A DNA stretch of 64,000 nucleotides from an uncultured delta proteobacterium (GCA_963728565.1 CAVSLC010000023.1:160001-224000); one strand, 5' to 3'; shown: positions 50,586 to 60,746, counted from the first letter of the stretch. The notes: generated by a model from the sequence alone, not told the origin. A program made the numbers and translations.

Positions 50586-50636
50586 CCTTTGAAGAATCAC
50601 ATCGTGATGGTCCACTGTAAAACGGGAGGTGCAACC

Positions 50637-51275
50637 ATTAACATTCCAATACAAATTACATTCAAAAACATGCTGGCTTCCGAGCCCATTGAAGCCAACA
50701 TTCGTGACAGAGCAGAAAAGCTGGAGTCCTTCTGCGATAAGATTATGGGCTGTCGGGTACTCGTCGAAGCGCCACACCACCACCATCGCGCAGGGCAGCG
50801 TTACCACGTCCGTATCGATCTCACCGTTCCAGGCCGGGAAATCGCCATCAAGCGTGCACCAAGGCTGGTTACCGCAAAGCCGTTGCGTTCTCAGAAAGAC
50901 GCCAATGGTCTGGAGCTGGAAGAGAGCCGGGAACCGAGCAAATACGCCGTCCATGACGATATCTTATTAGCGATTCGCGATGCGTTCGACGCTGCGCGCC
51001 GTAAGCTTCAGGACTATGCCCGCCGTGAACGTGGAGTAGTGAAGGTGCACGAGGGCTCCCCCCATGGCCGAGTTATCAAAGTTTTTCCGGAAGAAGGTTT
51101 TGGTTTCCTCGAAACGCACGACGGACGGGAAATCTATTTTCACGAACACAGCGTACTGGACTCCGGTTTCGCTGGGCTGAAGGTCGGGACCGAGGTGCGC
51201 TTCGTCGAGGAAGCCGGTGAAAAAGGTCCCCAAGCCAGTACGGTGATGCCGGTCAAGCACCATATGACGAGATGA
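50637..51275 (+). CDS. HPF/RaiA (S30AE) ribosome-associated protein fused to a cold-shock domain
   Basis: IPIQITFKNM, CRVLVE, AIRDAFDAARRKL, then GFGFLET.DGREIYFH. Start codon uncertain (ATT behind GGAGG). Confidence 0.85.
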   Translation: MNIPIQITFKNMLASEPIEANIRDRAEKLESFCDKIMGCRVLVEAPHHHHRAGQRYHVRIDLTVPGREIAIKRAPRLVTAKPLRSQKDANGLELEESREPSKYAVHDDILLAIRDAFDAARRKLQDYARRERGVVKVHEGSPHGRVIKVFPEEGFGFLETHDGREIYFHEHSVLDSGFAGLKVGTEVRFVEEAGEKGPQASTVMPVKHHMTR

Positions 51276-51650
51276 ATCTTGCTAAACGAGATTTGCTAAC
51301 TTCGGCTCCAACGCAACGCTACCGTGGAAGAAAGTGCCCGCGGCACTTGAGGTACACTGATCGGACCGCAAGAGAGGTTTCCCCGGCGTGTGTTATTTCA
51401 CGAGTCCACGGGAAAATATTCCCGCGAAGATAACTTGTTCGTCGGTATTGATCTCGTCGAGGAATCTGAGAAGTATCGGCACGCCGTCCGACCCGAAGAC
51501 GCGCATTTGGTAAACGATTACTCCGTCCGATTCAACCGGTGCCAGCGCGCGGGACTAGATGATCGATTCCGACGAATGCTAAAAAAAACCAGTCTTTCTT
51601 CATTGCTGCGATGATCGCACGATGAACTCTTTGATTGCGTGTGATGATTT

Positions 51651-51666
51651 GGGCATGGCAATTGCG
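51651..51666 (+). promoter_or_regulatory. Sigma-54 -24/-12 promoter
   Basis: GGGCAT-GGCAA-TTGCG, followed by GAGGAG and GTG at 51693. Confidence 0.65.
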
Positions 51667-52064
51667 CATTACGTGAGAGAGGAGAAATTAAAGTGGACGT
51701 ACTCTTTTTGACACTTGCGAGACTGGCAAATGGAAGCTTCCATGTTGCTAGGCCGCTGACCCGGCCTAATCGCCACCAAAAAATCATCAAACGCGCGGCA
51801 TGCGAGGAGACCGCCAGGAACAAAGGTGCCAACAGCTCTTCAGCGAAGCCGAATAATAAGAGTTCGGCAAAGAAACATTGAGCGGCGGCATCGGAGTAAG
51901 AAGTGCCGCCTGAAAGGAGGCCGTGTGCTTTACTTAAGTGCCGGCCGAGAAGTCACTCGAGACGATCCTCGGGCATTTCTCTTCGGACTGGAAGGCGATA
52001 AATATGCTCGAGCGCGCGAGAAGGTCAGCTCAATGAGGCAGAGAAGAATTCGCCCTGAAAAAGG

Positions 52065-52973
52065 TTGATGTATACCAAGTTGTTGATCCCATTGGACGGA
52101 TCGCGGCTAGCGGAAGGGGTTCTGCCTTACGCGCGTTTACTTGCACATGGGCTTGATGTGCCGGTCGAGCTCTTGCGCATCAACGATCCCGCCGAGAGTG
52201 GTTCCTATCTGGCACCCATTGACCGCGATGAATACTATGAAAAAATCGCAGCGTCTTTTTCAATGCCGACGAACGTTACGCATAGAGTTGAGGCGGGAAA
52301 CGCGGCTACTGCCATCGTCAGGCTCGGCGCTGCCCAACCAGGCGCTCTGATTGCGATGGTCAAGCACAGACAGCGCGGGCTTCAGCGCCGGCTATTGGGA
52401 AGCATTGCAGAGAACGTTCTACATAAAGCGACAAACGACTTGTTGTTAGTGCAGCCCTCAGACGACAGCCGTGGCGAGGCACGGTTAAACAGTGCTTTCG
52501 TACCATTGGACGGTTCCGACTTGGCCGAACGAGTATTATTCACCGTCACTGATCTAGCCACTCGATTGCAGTTGGAAATATGTTTGATGCATGTTGTGAT
52601 CCGTGTTTATTTCGGGCCGCCGGAGGGTTTTCTTCCCGTTTTCAGCGGAAATATCCCAAACCAGAAACAGCTCTGGGCGGAGGCCGCCGCCCAGGCAACC
52701 GAATATCTGGCTCGCAAAGTCGAGCAGTTACGTGCGCAAGGGGTGTCACGCGTTTCCTCAGTGTTGATCGAGGGCAGCGCCGAAGGAGCAGCGGCGGAGA
52801 TCATAGACCGGGGCAGCAAAAGTTCCAACACTTTGGTCATCATGAGCACGCCCGGTCGATCGGGTATCGGGCGCTGGCTGATCGGAAGCGTGACGGAAAG
52901 GGTGGTTCGTCACTCACTCAACCCGGTGCTGGTCACTCGCTCACACCCTAATGGGTTAGGTCGGTTCCGCTGA
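52065..52973 (+). CDS. Universal stress protein (tandem USP)
   Basis: PLDGS twice, LLGSIAENV, GRSGIGRWLIGSVTERVV. Confidence 0.9.
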   Translation: MMYTKLLIPLDGSRLAEGVLPYARLLAHGLDVPVELLRINDPAESGSYLAPIDRDEYYEKIAASFSMPTNVTHRVEAGNAATAIVRLGAAQPGALIAMVKHRQRGLQRRLLGSIAENVLHKATNDLLLVQPSDDSRGEARLNSAFVPLDGSDLAERVLFTVTDLATRLQLEICLMHVVIRVYFGPPEGFLPVFSGNIPNQKQLWAEAAAQATEYLARKVEQLRAQGVSRVSSVLIEGSAEGAAAEIIDRGSKSSNTLVIMSTPGRSGIGRWLIGSVTERVVRHSLNPVLVTRSHPNGLGRFR

Positions 52974-53131
52974 AACCGGACCCAAGGCACAAGCCGACGC
53001 AGCCGCTGACGCAAAATCAGTGACCTGAATTCCATCTGAATACCGAGGTGGAATTGACATCCGTGCGGCATTCAAGCTTGCGCACGTGGGTCGAACTTTA
53101 TCGACGAGGTAAGTTTTGGACCTCTTAGATA

Positions 53132-54466
53132 TTGGTCATGCTCAAAGAAAAAATGACGAGAGCGCCAGCTGAAGCCGCCGAACGTGACTACCGGCGTGTC
53201 GTGAACGCATGGGCGATGTATGATTGGGCGAACTCCGCGTTTGCCGTCATCATGCTAACCGCGGTTTTCCCGGTGTACTATCGCTCTTTGGCTACGACCG
53301 CCGGGTACGCTGCCGAAGATGCAACCGCGTACTGGGCCTATACTACATCACTGTCTCTGCTGGTTGTTGCTCTGGTTGGCCCGGTGCTCGGGGCGATCGT
53401 CGATATACTTGGCGCCAAGAAGCAGTTCTTGGGCGTCGCTCTGGCATTGGGCGCATTGGGTTCGCTGAGCCTGGCGTTTTTGGGCAAGGAAACGCTCTTG
53501 CTGGGTGCTCTTGTGTTCGCGATTGCCAACCTGGGTTTTGCCGGCGGAAATATTTTTTACGAGGCCTTGCTTCCGGACGTGGCGCGGGTCGATGACATCG
53601 ACCGTGTTTCGGCGCGCGGTTATGCGCTGGGATATCTTGGCGGAGGGCTTCTTTTGATCATCAATATCCTTTGGCTCCTCCGGCCGGGTTGGTTTTGGAT
53701 GCCTGACCGGGAGTTTGCGTTGCGCGCGAGCTTTGCCAGCGTGGCGGTATGGTGGGTTGTTTTTGCTTTGCCGTTGTTTTACTCGGTGTCTGAGCCCGGA
53801 AGCCGCCGCCGGACGCCTATTTCGTTGAGCGTGATCACCAAAGGCTTGCAGCAACTACATCGCACGGTCAGCCGCATTGGGCACTACAAAGAGCTGGCGC
53901 TTTTTCTTCTCGCCTTCTGGATCTACAACGACGGCATCGGTACCATCATCAAAATCGCCACGGCTTACGGTGATGAAATCGGCATCGATCACAATCAGAT
54001 GCTGATCGCTCTTGTCTTAACTCAACTCATTGGCTTTCCGTGCACGCTTGGATTCGGCCTGCTCGCTCGTCTCCTCAGCGCGAAACGCGCCGTTTTGCTC
54101 GGGCTTGCCGCTTATATGATTATTTCGATTGCCGGCTTTTTCATGACAAATGCTTGGCACTTCTACGTGCTGGCGGCTGCCGTGGGCATCGTTCAAGGCG
54201 GGACGCAAGCGCTAAGCCGATCGTTGTTCGCGACCATGGTTCCCAAGACGCGTACCACGGAGTTTTTTGGCTTCTACAGTACCGGAGAGAAAGTAGCAGG
54301 TATCGTTGGACCAAGCATATTCGGGCTGGTGGGACAACTCACGGGTAGCAGTCGGTGGGGAATCGTATCCGTGATTGTGCTGTTTATCGCCGGCGCTGCG
54401 TTACTCTGGCGTGTAGACGAACGCGAGGGCCGGCGCGTGGCCGAAGCAGTGGAAGATTTTGCCTAA
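53132..54466 (+). CDS. MFS transporter, UMF1/ATG22-like
   Basis: WAMYDWANSAF, GYALGYLGG, YNDGIGT, GGTQALSRS, EFFGFY. Confidence 0.88.
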   Translation: MVMLKEKMTRAPAEAAERDYRRVVNAWAMYDWANSAFAVIMLTAVFPVYYRSLATTAGYAAEDATAYWAYTTSLSLLVVALVGPVLGAIVDILGAKKQFLGVALALGALGSLSLAFLGKETLLLGALVFAIANLGFAGGNIFYEALLPDVARVDDIDRVSARGYALGYLGGGLLLIINILWLLRPGWFWMPDREFALRASFASVAVWWVVFALPLFYSVSEPGSRRRTPISLSVITKGLQQLHRTVSRIGHYKELALFLLAFWIYNDGIGTIIKIATAYGDEIGIDHNQMLIALVLTQLIGFPCTLGFGLLARLLSAKRAVLLGLAAYMIISIAGFFMTNAWHFYVLAAAVGIVQGGTQALSRSLFATMVPKTRTTEFFGFYSTGEKVAGIVGPSIFGLVGQLTGSSRWGIVSVIVLFIAGAALLWRVDEREGRRVAEAVEDFA

Positions 54467-54543
54467 GCTTATCCAGATGTGCGCAGCGAAGAAGAGCGGG
54501 AGGGCGGCAGAAGAATCCGTTAGCGGTACCTACAAATGCCGCC

Positions 54544-55167
54544 TTACCGTCGATCGACGAAGCGCTCGTCGAGCGTTTTAAGCTTCTCTACGATTCCTGT
54601 GTATTCCAACTCTGACATCGGCAGCATTGCGGCACCGAAGAAGCCTTGACGGCGCATACCGATGGCTTTTTTTGCAACGACGTCACGTACCGTATCCCAG
54701 AACGGGTGGGCGAAGGCGTCCACGGGCTCGGTCATCTTGCCGCGATGCATGGCAAAAGCAGCACAGCTAACCACGGGCGGCCCGTCGAAGTAGCTGATGC
54801 CTGAATTGAGCACGACGGGCATTAGCGGCATCTGGTGCGAGCCGCGCATCGCTCCGGCAACATAGGGGCCGATGGCATATGGGGAAAGAATCTCCCCTGT
54901 GGCTGGAAAATCCTTCTGCACACGGGCGAGCATCACGGGATCGTCTTTGCCGGTGTATTTGCCGGCAATGTTGTGTAACCGCGATGTCGAGACAGCTACC
55001 GCCTGTTCGGCTGTGCTACGCGACCAAACGGATTCCACCACATAACGCTCAGTGTCTCTCAGCAGGGTGGCGATGGCGTAGAGCTCCTCGGGCGCGTTTA
55101 ACTCGATGATGCGGTCGTGTTCCGTGCAATTCACATCCATGATGACAAACCTGAACCCGTCGCTCAT
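54544..55167 (-). pseudogene. C-terminal fragment of fructose-1,6-bisphosphate aldolase/phosphatase (class V FBPase)
   Basis: YTGKDDPV, MRGSHQMPLMPV, FDGPP, RRQGFFGAAMLPMSELEYTG. N-terminal portion absent. Confidence 0.8.
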
Positions 55168-55380
55168 GGCGGGATTAGGAGAGGATCCACCGTCGCAATA
55201 AAAACCACGCTACGGGGAATAACGTCTTGATCTATTCACCTCTTTTGAGACACTATTCCGGCTGAATCCGGCGCGCTGTAAGACCAGAGATTCCTTCCGA
55301 TAGGAATCGACGACTCCTCCTAGGGGAGGAGATATCTCCAGCCCAGCCATGATTGCCCCAGATCGATAGGGATACGCATA

Positions 55381-56774
55381 ATGCGACGCACAAAAATTAT
55401 ATGCACCGTTGGTCCTGCTATCGAATCAGCTGAGATACTTCGCAAGTTGGTGGAGGCCGGCACCGATGTCTTTCGTCTCAACTTCGCTCACGGAACGGTA
55501 AGCGGACACCAACTCATCATGGGCCGCATTAGCGACGTCGCGGAGGAGACCGGAAAGGCCGTTGCCATCTTTCAGGACTTAGCCGGTCCGTAGACCGGCT
55601 TGGCGTTTTCAAAGATGGATCGGTACGAGCTTCATGCCGGAGATCGATTCCGCCTCACGAGCGAGGACCTTCTCGGGAATCATGAACACGCTTCGGTTAG
55701 CTATTCCGAACTTCCTGACGAAGTGAGGCCAGGCCAAAGCATTATACTTGCCGATGGGACTGTGGAGCTCGAGGTCGAATCAACCGGCTCCACGCGACGA
55801 TCGTTTGCCGAGTCGTTCTCGGTGGAGTTATTACCAGTGACAAAGGCGTCAACGTGGTAGGAGGAACCTCAAGCTTGCCCGCCTTCACCGAGCGTGACCA
55901 GGAACTTCTTCTGTCCGGCCTTGAAGCATGTGTGGATCTGGTTGCACTCTCCTTTGTCCGCTCCGCGGTTGATGTTCAGTCTGCCCGAAGTTTCCTCGCG
56001 ACCCGCCGAGGCAAAGCTTCCTCTAATGGCGAAAATCGAGAAGCTCGAGTCGTTAGACATTATAGACGAAATCATTGCTGTCGCTGATTCCATCATGGTA
56101 GCGCGCGGCGATCTTGGTCTTGAAGTTCGATTGCGAAGTGCCGCATATCCAGAAGGAACTGATCGCCAAAGCGATCCAGGATGTCAAACCTGTGATGACA
56201 CTACATAGATGCTTCCTTCATGGTTGAAAAACCTCGACCACCGTGCGGAGGTAGTCTGACATTCTAACGCGGTACTCGACGGTTCCGATGCTTTGATGCT
56301 TTCAGAGGAAAGCACAGTGGGCGCCTATCCTGTGGAGGGAGTCAAGGATCTGGCAGAGATGCCGAGGTAGGAAGCCCGGCTTTTTGCCCGGCGTCACTTA
56401 ATTGCCTGTCTCCGATCAAGCATTCCGCCGCTGAAGCATGCGAATGTCGCAAGGTTGAGGCGCTCCAGGTCAAAGCGACAGCGATTATATGCTGCACCCG
56501 GACAGGCCAGACAGCTCGGCTTGTGGCCAAATACCGACCGGTCCAACCCATTATAGCTATCATCCCTGAGCCCCAAACCGTGCGGCCGCTCATGCTTGTC
56601 TGGGGTGTCCAGCCATTTCTGCTAGATGAATGCAGATCGATTGACGCAATGATAAAGGCGGCAATTGACCTTACTTCCAAAAAAAGGATTGTGAAGCCCG
56701 GAAAAGTAGTGATCGTGGCGGCCGCCCCATATTCTCCCCGAGGAGAAACGGATTTCCTCCGTGTTGCTAATTGA
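55381..56774 (+). pseudogene. pyk: Pyruvate kinase pseudogene
   Basis: [47 protein letters not shown]. In-frame TAGs at 55591 and 56206 plus several frameshifts. Confidence 0.88.
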
Positions 56775-56941
56775 ACTACGGACGGGGCGAGACGGTTGAG
56801 AAAAGAACGAGGTTACGGAACGACGCTGTCGCGCGTGCAGACGCCGATAGTTGCGTAAATCCCAAGGCATCGTTTTGCGGTGATCTAATGTCGCCTTAAT
56901 GCTCGTGGCTGCGCGTGGAAGATCAATCACCGGAGGGCTTT

Positions 56942-57055
56942 ATGAGACAGGAAATGGAACTCGTTGCGCTTATTATCCTGATATTTGTAACTTTGATTGT
57001 TCACCTGATCATCTCGTTTATGAGTTCTCGGCGAAACGGCACGACGCGTCGGTGA
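56942..57055 (+). CDS. Small single-pass membrane peptide, 37 aa (not in ORF track)
   Basis: GGAGG SD; MRQEMELVALIILIFVTLIVHLIISFMSSRRNGTTRR*. Confidence 0.45.
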   Translation: MRQEMELVALIILIFVTLIVHLIISFMSSRRNGTTRR

Positions 57056-57260
57056 AAACGGAATGCAACCGGACGCACGAGCAAAACGACTTGGGCTTTG
57101 ATCTGGGATTGCTCACGAAGCGGCTTGGTAAATTCGAATTTTTCGCCAGTGACAATTAGGCGTTCGGACAAAGCGATATTTGTTTCAGGGACGCGGGCTT
57201 CCCTGCCACAGATGGCGCGCTTGGCTAAAGGATGCACTGCTTACCATGCGGAAGGTAAGG

Positions 57261-57542
57261 CCTAGCGGGACCAAGCTAGGCAATAGTCAGAAAGCTGCTC
57301 GGAATCTGGCGTAAAGAGTAAGCAGCCTATATACCAACAAGGCATCTCTTCTAGTTTGACATTTATTAAGTCAAACTTCCCAGCTGAGCGGCGGCCGATA
57401 TTTTTCTAACAAAAGAAGGCGCGAGCGGTGTTAACCATGATGCAAAGGTTGCATGTCAAGATATAATTGCGGCTCTGAGACAGTTCCTAGCGTGACCAAG
57501 CATGTATAGTTATAAAGCTGCTCGGAATCTGGCGTAACGAGT
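57261..57542. repeat. Imperfect ~58-bp direct repeat pair (57261-57319 and 57486-57542)
   Basis: Exact 24-bp core AAAGCTGCTCGGAATCTGGCGTAA at 57291 and 57514. Confidence 0.75.
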
Positions 57543-57659
57543 TTGTTTGTTCGCAAACCGAGGAGGGAGTAGTGGTTTGCTTAATGCAAGATGTTGCACG
57601 TCTGAAGACCTAATTGCCGCGTCTCATGTAGGGTCGTCGCCGGTCTCAAAGCGACATGT

Positions 57660-59840
57660 CTAATCAGCCGTGTCTTGCTCTGCTTCACCGGCCAATATTT
57701 TCTCGACCAATCTCCCCGCCGCAACATAATTGACCTTACCGTTTCCCAGCAGTGGTATGGAGCGGGTGATAAAAATCTTTTTCGGCAGGCCGATCGCACT
57801 GACTCGTTCATTCCGCGCGCGCTCCACAAGCGTCTGAAGTCTTGCGTCGCTGTAGTCCGTAAGAAGGATGAGCTCTTCGCCCTTACGCGCATCGGCGAAA
57901 TTGAAGACTGCGTGATGCTTTCTTGGCCAGGTCCGCTGCGCTAATTCTTCAATGGCCGCCAACGAGACCATCTCTCCGCCGATCTTGGCGAAGCGCTTGG
58001 CGCGGCCAATAATCCACATAAAGCCATCGTCATCCACCCGCACGATATCTCCGGTGTCATACCAGCCAGTGCCGCGCTCAGTTGCCGGCAGCGTGACGTC
58101 ACCGTGTCGTAGATAGCCGAGCATCACATTGGGCCCGCGAACGCACAGGCGCCCGCCGTCCTCGATGCCCGGCACGGGTTCGAGGTAGTACTCAACGGCG
58201 GGCAGCAGCCGGCCTACACTGCCCGGCCGGTATTGCATCGGCGTATTCACGGCCAGCACCGGACCGGTTTCCGTCGCGCCATAACCTTCCAAGAGCCGCA
58301 CGCCGAACTTCTCGACCCAAGCGCGGCGTGTTTCTTCCTGCAGCTTCTCGGCGCCGGCAAACACATAACGGATGCTGTAGAAATCGTAAGGATGGGCAAA
58401 ACGAGCATAGCCGGCAAGAAATGTATTAGTGCCGAACAGCAGTGTGACATTGTTCTCATAAGCGGTCTCTGGAATCCTACGGTAGTGCAACGGCGAAGGG
58501 TAGAGGAAGATTTTAACCGAGCAAAATAATGGCAACAGGGTTCCAGCCGTCAGGCCGAAAGAGTGAAACATCGGCAAGCTGGTCAACACCGTATCGCGCG
58601 CGTTTAAATCGATACGCGCGGCGATCTGGCTACAATTGGCAAGCAAACTATGATGTGACAGCGCTACCGCTTTTGGCAGCCCCTCGGAACCGGAAGTGAA
58701 AAGTACCACGGCAGGATCTTCGGGCCCGGTGTTGTCGGGTAATCGTCGATAAAGGCGCTCGGCAAAGTATCCGTTGAACCATCCCATGAGCTTGTCCAGA
58801 ATAGTGATCTTGGCGCGCAAATCTTCCAGGCAGATGACACGGATATACCTTTCCATTGCCGCTACGGTGTCGACCAGTCTAGCTGACTCGATAAAGCGGC
58901 GTGAGGAATAGACAGTGCGTATGCCCGCGGTCTCGCACGCCGTCATAATTCCTTGAGCGCCTGCCGTAAAGTTCAGCATTGCCGGTACCCGCCCCCGGAG
59001 TTGCAGCGCAAAGAAGGCTATCAAGGTAGCGACGGTGTTGGGCAGTAATAATCCGACATATTCTCTCGGCGCGGTATTCTGCGCGAATAGTTTAGCAAGA
59101 ATAAAAGCGCGGCTGATGAGCTGATTATAGGTGATAGGGGTGTGCTCATTATCTTCGACGATGACGTGTCGTCCGCTATGAACGCGGCGAGCATCGAGAA
59201 GAGCTTGAAACAAAGGCCGGTAATGATCGCCCGTGGCAAACATCATTTCGCTCATGATGTCGCTCAGCACTGTGGCGGCCCGGTTGCGCCGGGCGCGCCC
59301 CCGCAAGTGCTCGGGCAGGGAAATCCGGCGCGGCGGCTGTATCGATAGCGCAATACGCGGAAACCACCGCTGTTTGATACGACTGCCCAGATGCGTAAAA
59401 GGTGTATGTTGCGTGCCGTCGATGCGGATCGGCAGCACCAGAGCTTGCGATCTGTCAGCCAGCAGGCCAGGACCTTGGTAAACTTTCATCAAGCCGCCCG
59501 TAACGGTCAGACGGCCCTCCGGAAAGATCATGAGCTTCCGGTTCTCGGATAAGAATTTGATCAGCGACCGGGTCGATAGCGGGTTCGTCGTATCGATCGC
59601 GAAGAAATCCACCAAAGCAAGTGCGGGACGCACCCACCAGGCTTTGGCTATGCGACTGTCTACTGTAAACGTTACCCGGTCCGGCAGAAAAATTGCCAGG
59701 AGCACGCCGTCGAGGTAAGAGGCGTGGTTGGCGACAATAAGAACCCGATCTCCCGCTTTCTCGTAATTATCGAGACCGCTGATAGTGACGCGATAGAGCA
59801 TGCGGAAGAGCCGCTGCAAAAAAGCTTTGATGAATTCCAT
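57660..59840 (-). CDS. aas: Aas: acyltransferase plus acyl-ACP synthetase
   Basis: NHASYLD and FPEG; FTSGSEGLPK, EGYGATE, YDTGD, RFAKIGGE. Confidence 0.9.
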   Translation of the reverse strand: MEFIKAFLQRLFRMLYRVTISGLDNYEKAGDRVLIVANHASYLDGVLLAIFLPDRVTFTVDSRIAKAWWVRPALALVDFFAIDTTNPLSTRSLIKFLSENRKLMIFPEGRLTVTGGLMKVYQGPGLLADRSQALVLPIRIDGTQHTPFTHLGSRIKQRWFPRIALSIQPPRRISLPEHLRGRARRNRAATVLSDIMSEMMFATGDHYRPLFQALLDARRVHSGRHVIVEDNEHTPITYNQLISRAFILAKLFAQNTAPREYVGLLLPNTVATLIAFFALQLRGRVPAMLNFTAGAQGIMTACETAGIRTVYSSRRFIESARLVDTVAAMERYIRVICLEDLRAKITILDKLMGWFNGYFAERLYRRLPDNTGPEDPAVVLFTSGSEGLPKAVALSHHSLLANCSQIAARIDLNARDTVLTSLPMFHSFGLTAGTLLPLFCSVKIFLYPSPLHYRRIPETAYENNVTLLFGTNTFLAGYARFAHPYDFYSIRYVFAGAEKLQEETRRAWVEKFGVRLLEGYGATETGPVLAVNTPMQYRPGSVGRLLPAVEYYLEPVPGIEDGGRLCVRGPNVMLGYLRHGDVTLPATERGTGWYDTGDIVRVDDDGFMWIIGRAKRFAKIGGEMVSLAAIEELAQRTWPRKHHAVFNFADARKGEELILLTDYSDARLQTLVERARNERVSAIGLPKKIFITRSIPLLGNGKVNYVAAGRLVEKILAGEAEQDTAD

Positions 59841-60053
59841 GGCTAAAATCTGCAGAAATTTTGGGTTCGCACGCTCGAAACAATAGTCGTATTCAAAAGC
59901 AACTAACATACCGCCGCCACCAGCCGAACTGTCAGGTCTTGGGGGGGGCCGTACTGCTGACCGCAGAGTTGCGAATTAGCTGGAGGGAAAGAACTCGTTC
60001 GTGAGCTGAAAGAGACTTGGCTCTGCAGCGAGGGCGGGCGGCTGCCAAGGCCT

Positions 60054-60482
60054 CTATGGCCACAGCTCTTGAAGCGTCTTTGGGAGCAGGTGTTTGACTT
60101 TCTCGGTCTCTCCGGCATTGATGTGCCGCGCAAGGACCTTGAGAACCGAACGCATGACCTTCTCAGGGTCCACCGTGTCGTCGTCCCGAAACACAACCGC
60201 GATGTGATCCAGGAATTCGCTCTTGTGGCGCTCCCTCACCGGCTTTCCGGTGAGTTTCCATCCCTCATAGTAAATACCCCTTATGAGGATCGGCAATTGT
60301 GCTCCGAGATGAACGGCTTCCTCGTTGGTCAACCGGTCGCGCAGGGCATGCAACGCCGTGCGTAGAGCCAGGCACGCCTTCTGCGGCTTTTCTTCCCATC
60401 CGAGCTCGCGCATGAGATCATTTAACCATACCTGGGTTTTTTGCAGCGACGCATCGAAAACCTCTAAGACAGCGCTACTCAT
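60054..60482 (-). CDS. DUF2267-family protein
   Basis: ALRTALHALRDRL..EAVHLGAQLP..IRGIYYEGW. Confidence 0.85.
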   Translation of the reverse strand: MSSAVLEVFDASLQKTQVWLNDLMRELGWEEKPQKACLALRTALHALRDRLTNEEAVHLGAQLPILIRGIYYEGWKLTGKPVRERHKSEFLDHIAVVFRDDDTVDPEKVMRSVLKVLARHINAGETEKVKHLLPKTLQELWP

Positions 60483-60556
60483 CGACGACTCCTCACTCCA
60501 TTTTCAGTGGACTACGGCGCGCGGAAACCACCCATTTCGGCTTGTTCTTCTCCTGG

Positions 60557-60572
60557 TGCAATTATGGCGCCG
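60557..60572 (-). promoter_or_regulatory. Sigma-54 -24/-12 promoter (DUF2267)
   Basis: Minus strand CGGCGC-CATAA-TTGCA. Confidence 0.55.
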
Positions 60573-60730
60573 CCGATTTTAGCAATTCTAAGGAAGTATA
60601 AAGCCATGCCGTGGCCCCTGTGAAAACAGTCGAGCTGCAAGTCCGAAAGTTTATTTTCTCAGCAATGATAATTGGCAGCTTTCCTCATGTCATCCATGCG
60701 AACGACACCGCATCATTGAGGAATATCTCC

Positions 60731-60746
60731 TGGCATATCGGTTGCG
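60731..60746 (+). promoter_or_regulatory. Sigma-54 -24/-12 promoter (HAD-ATPase)
   Basis: TGGCAT-ATCGG-TTGCG. Confidence 0.78.

Noticed and set aside
53066-53081. CGGCATTCAAGCTTGC upstream of the MFS gene as a sigma-54 promoter
   Set aside because: Spacing is one base too long; sigma-54 spacing is strict.
57261-57542. CRISPR array
   Set aside because: Only two degenerate copies ~225 bp apart, no regular spacers and no cas genes in the window.
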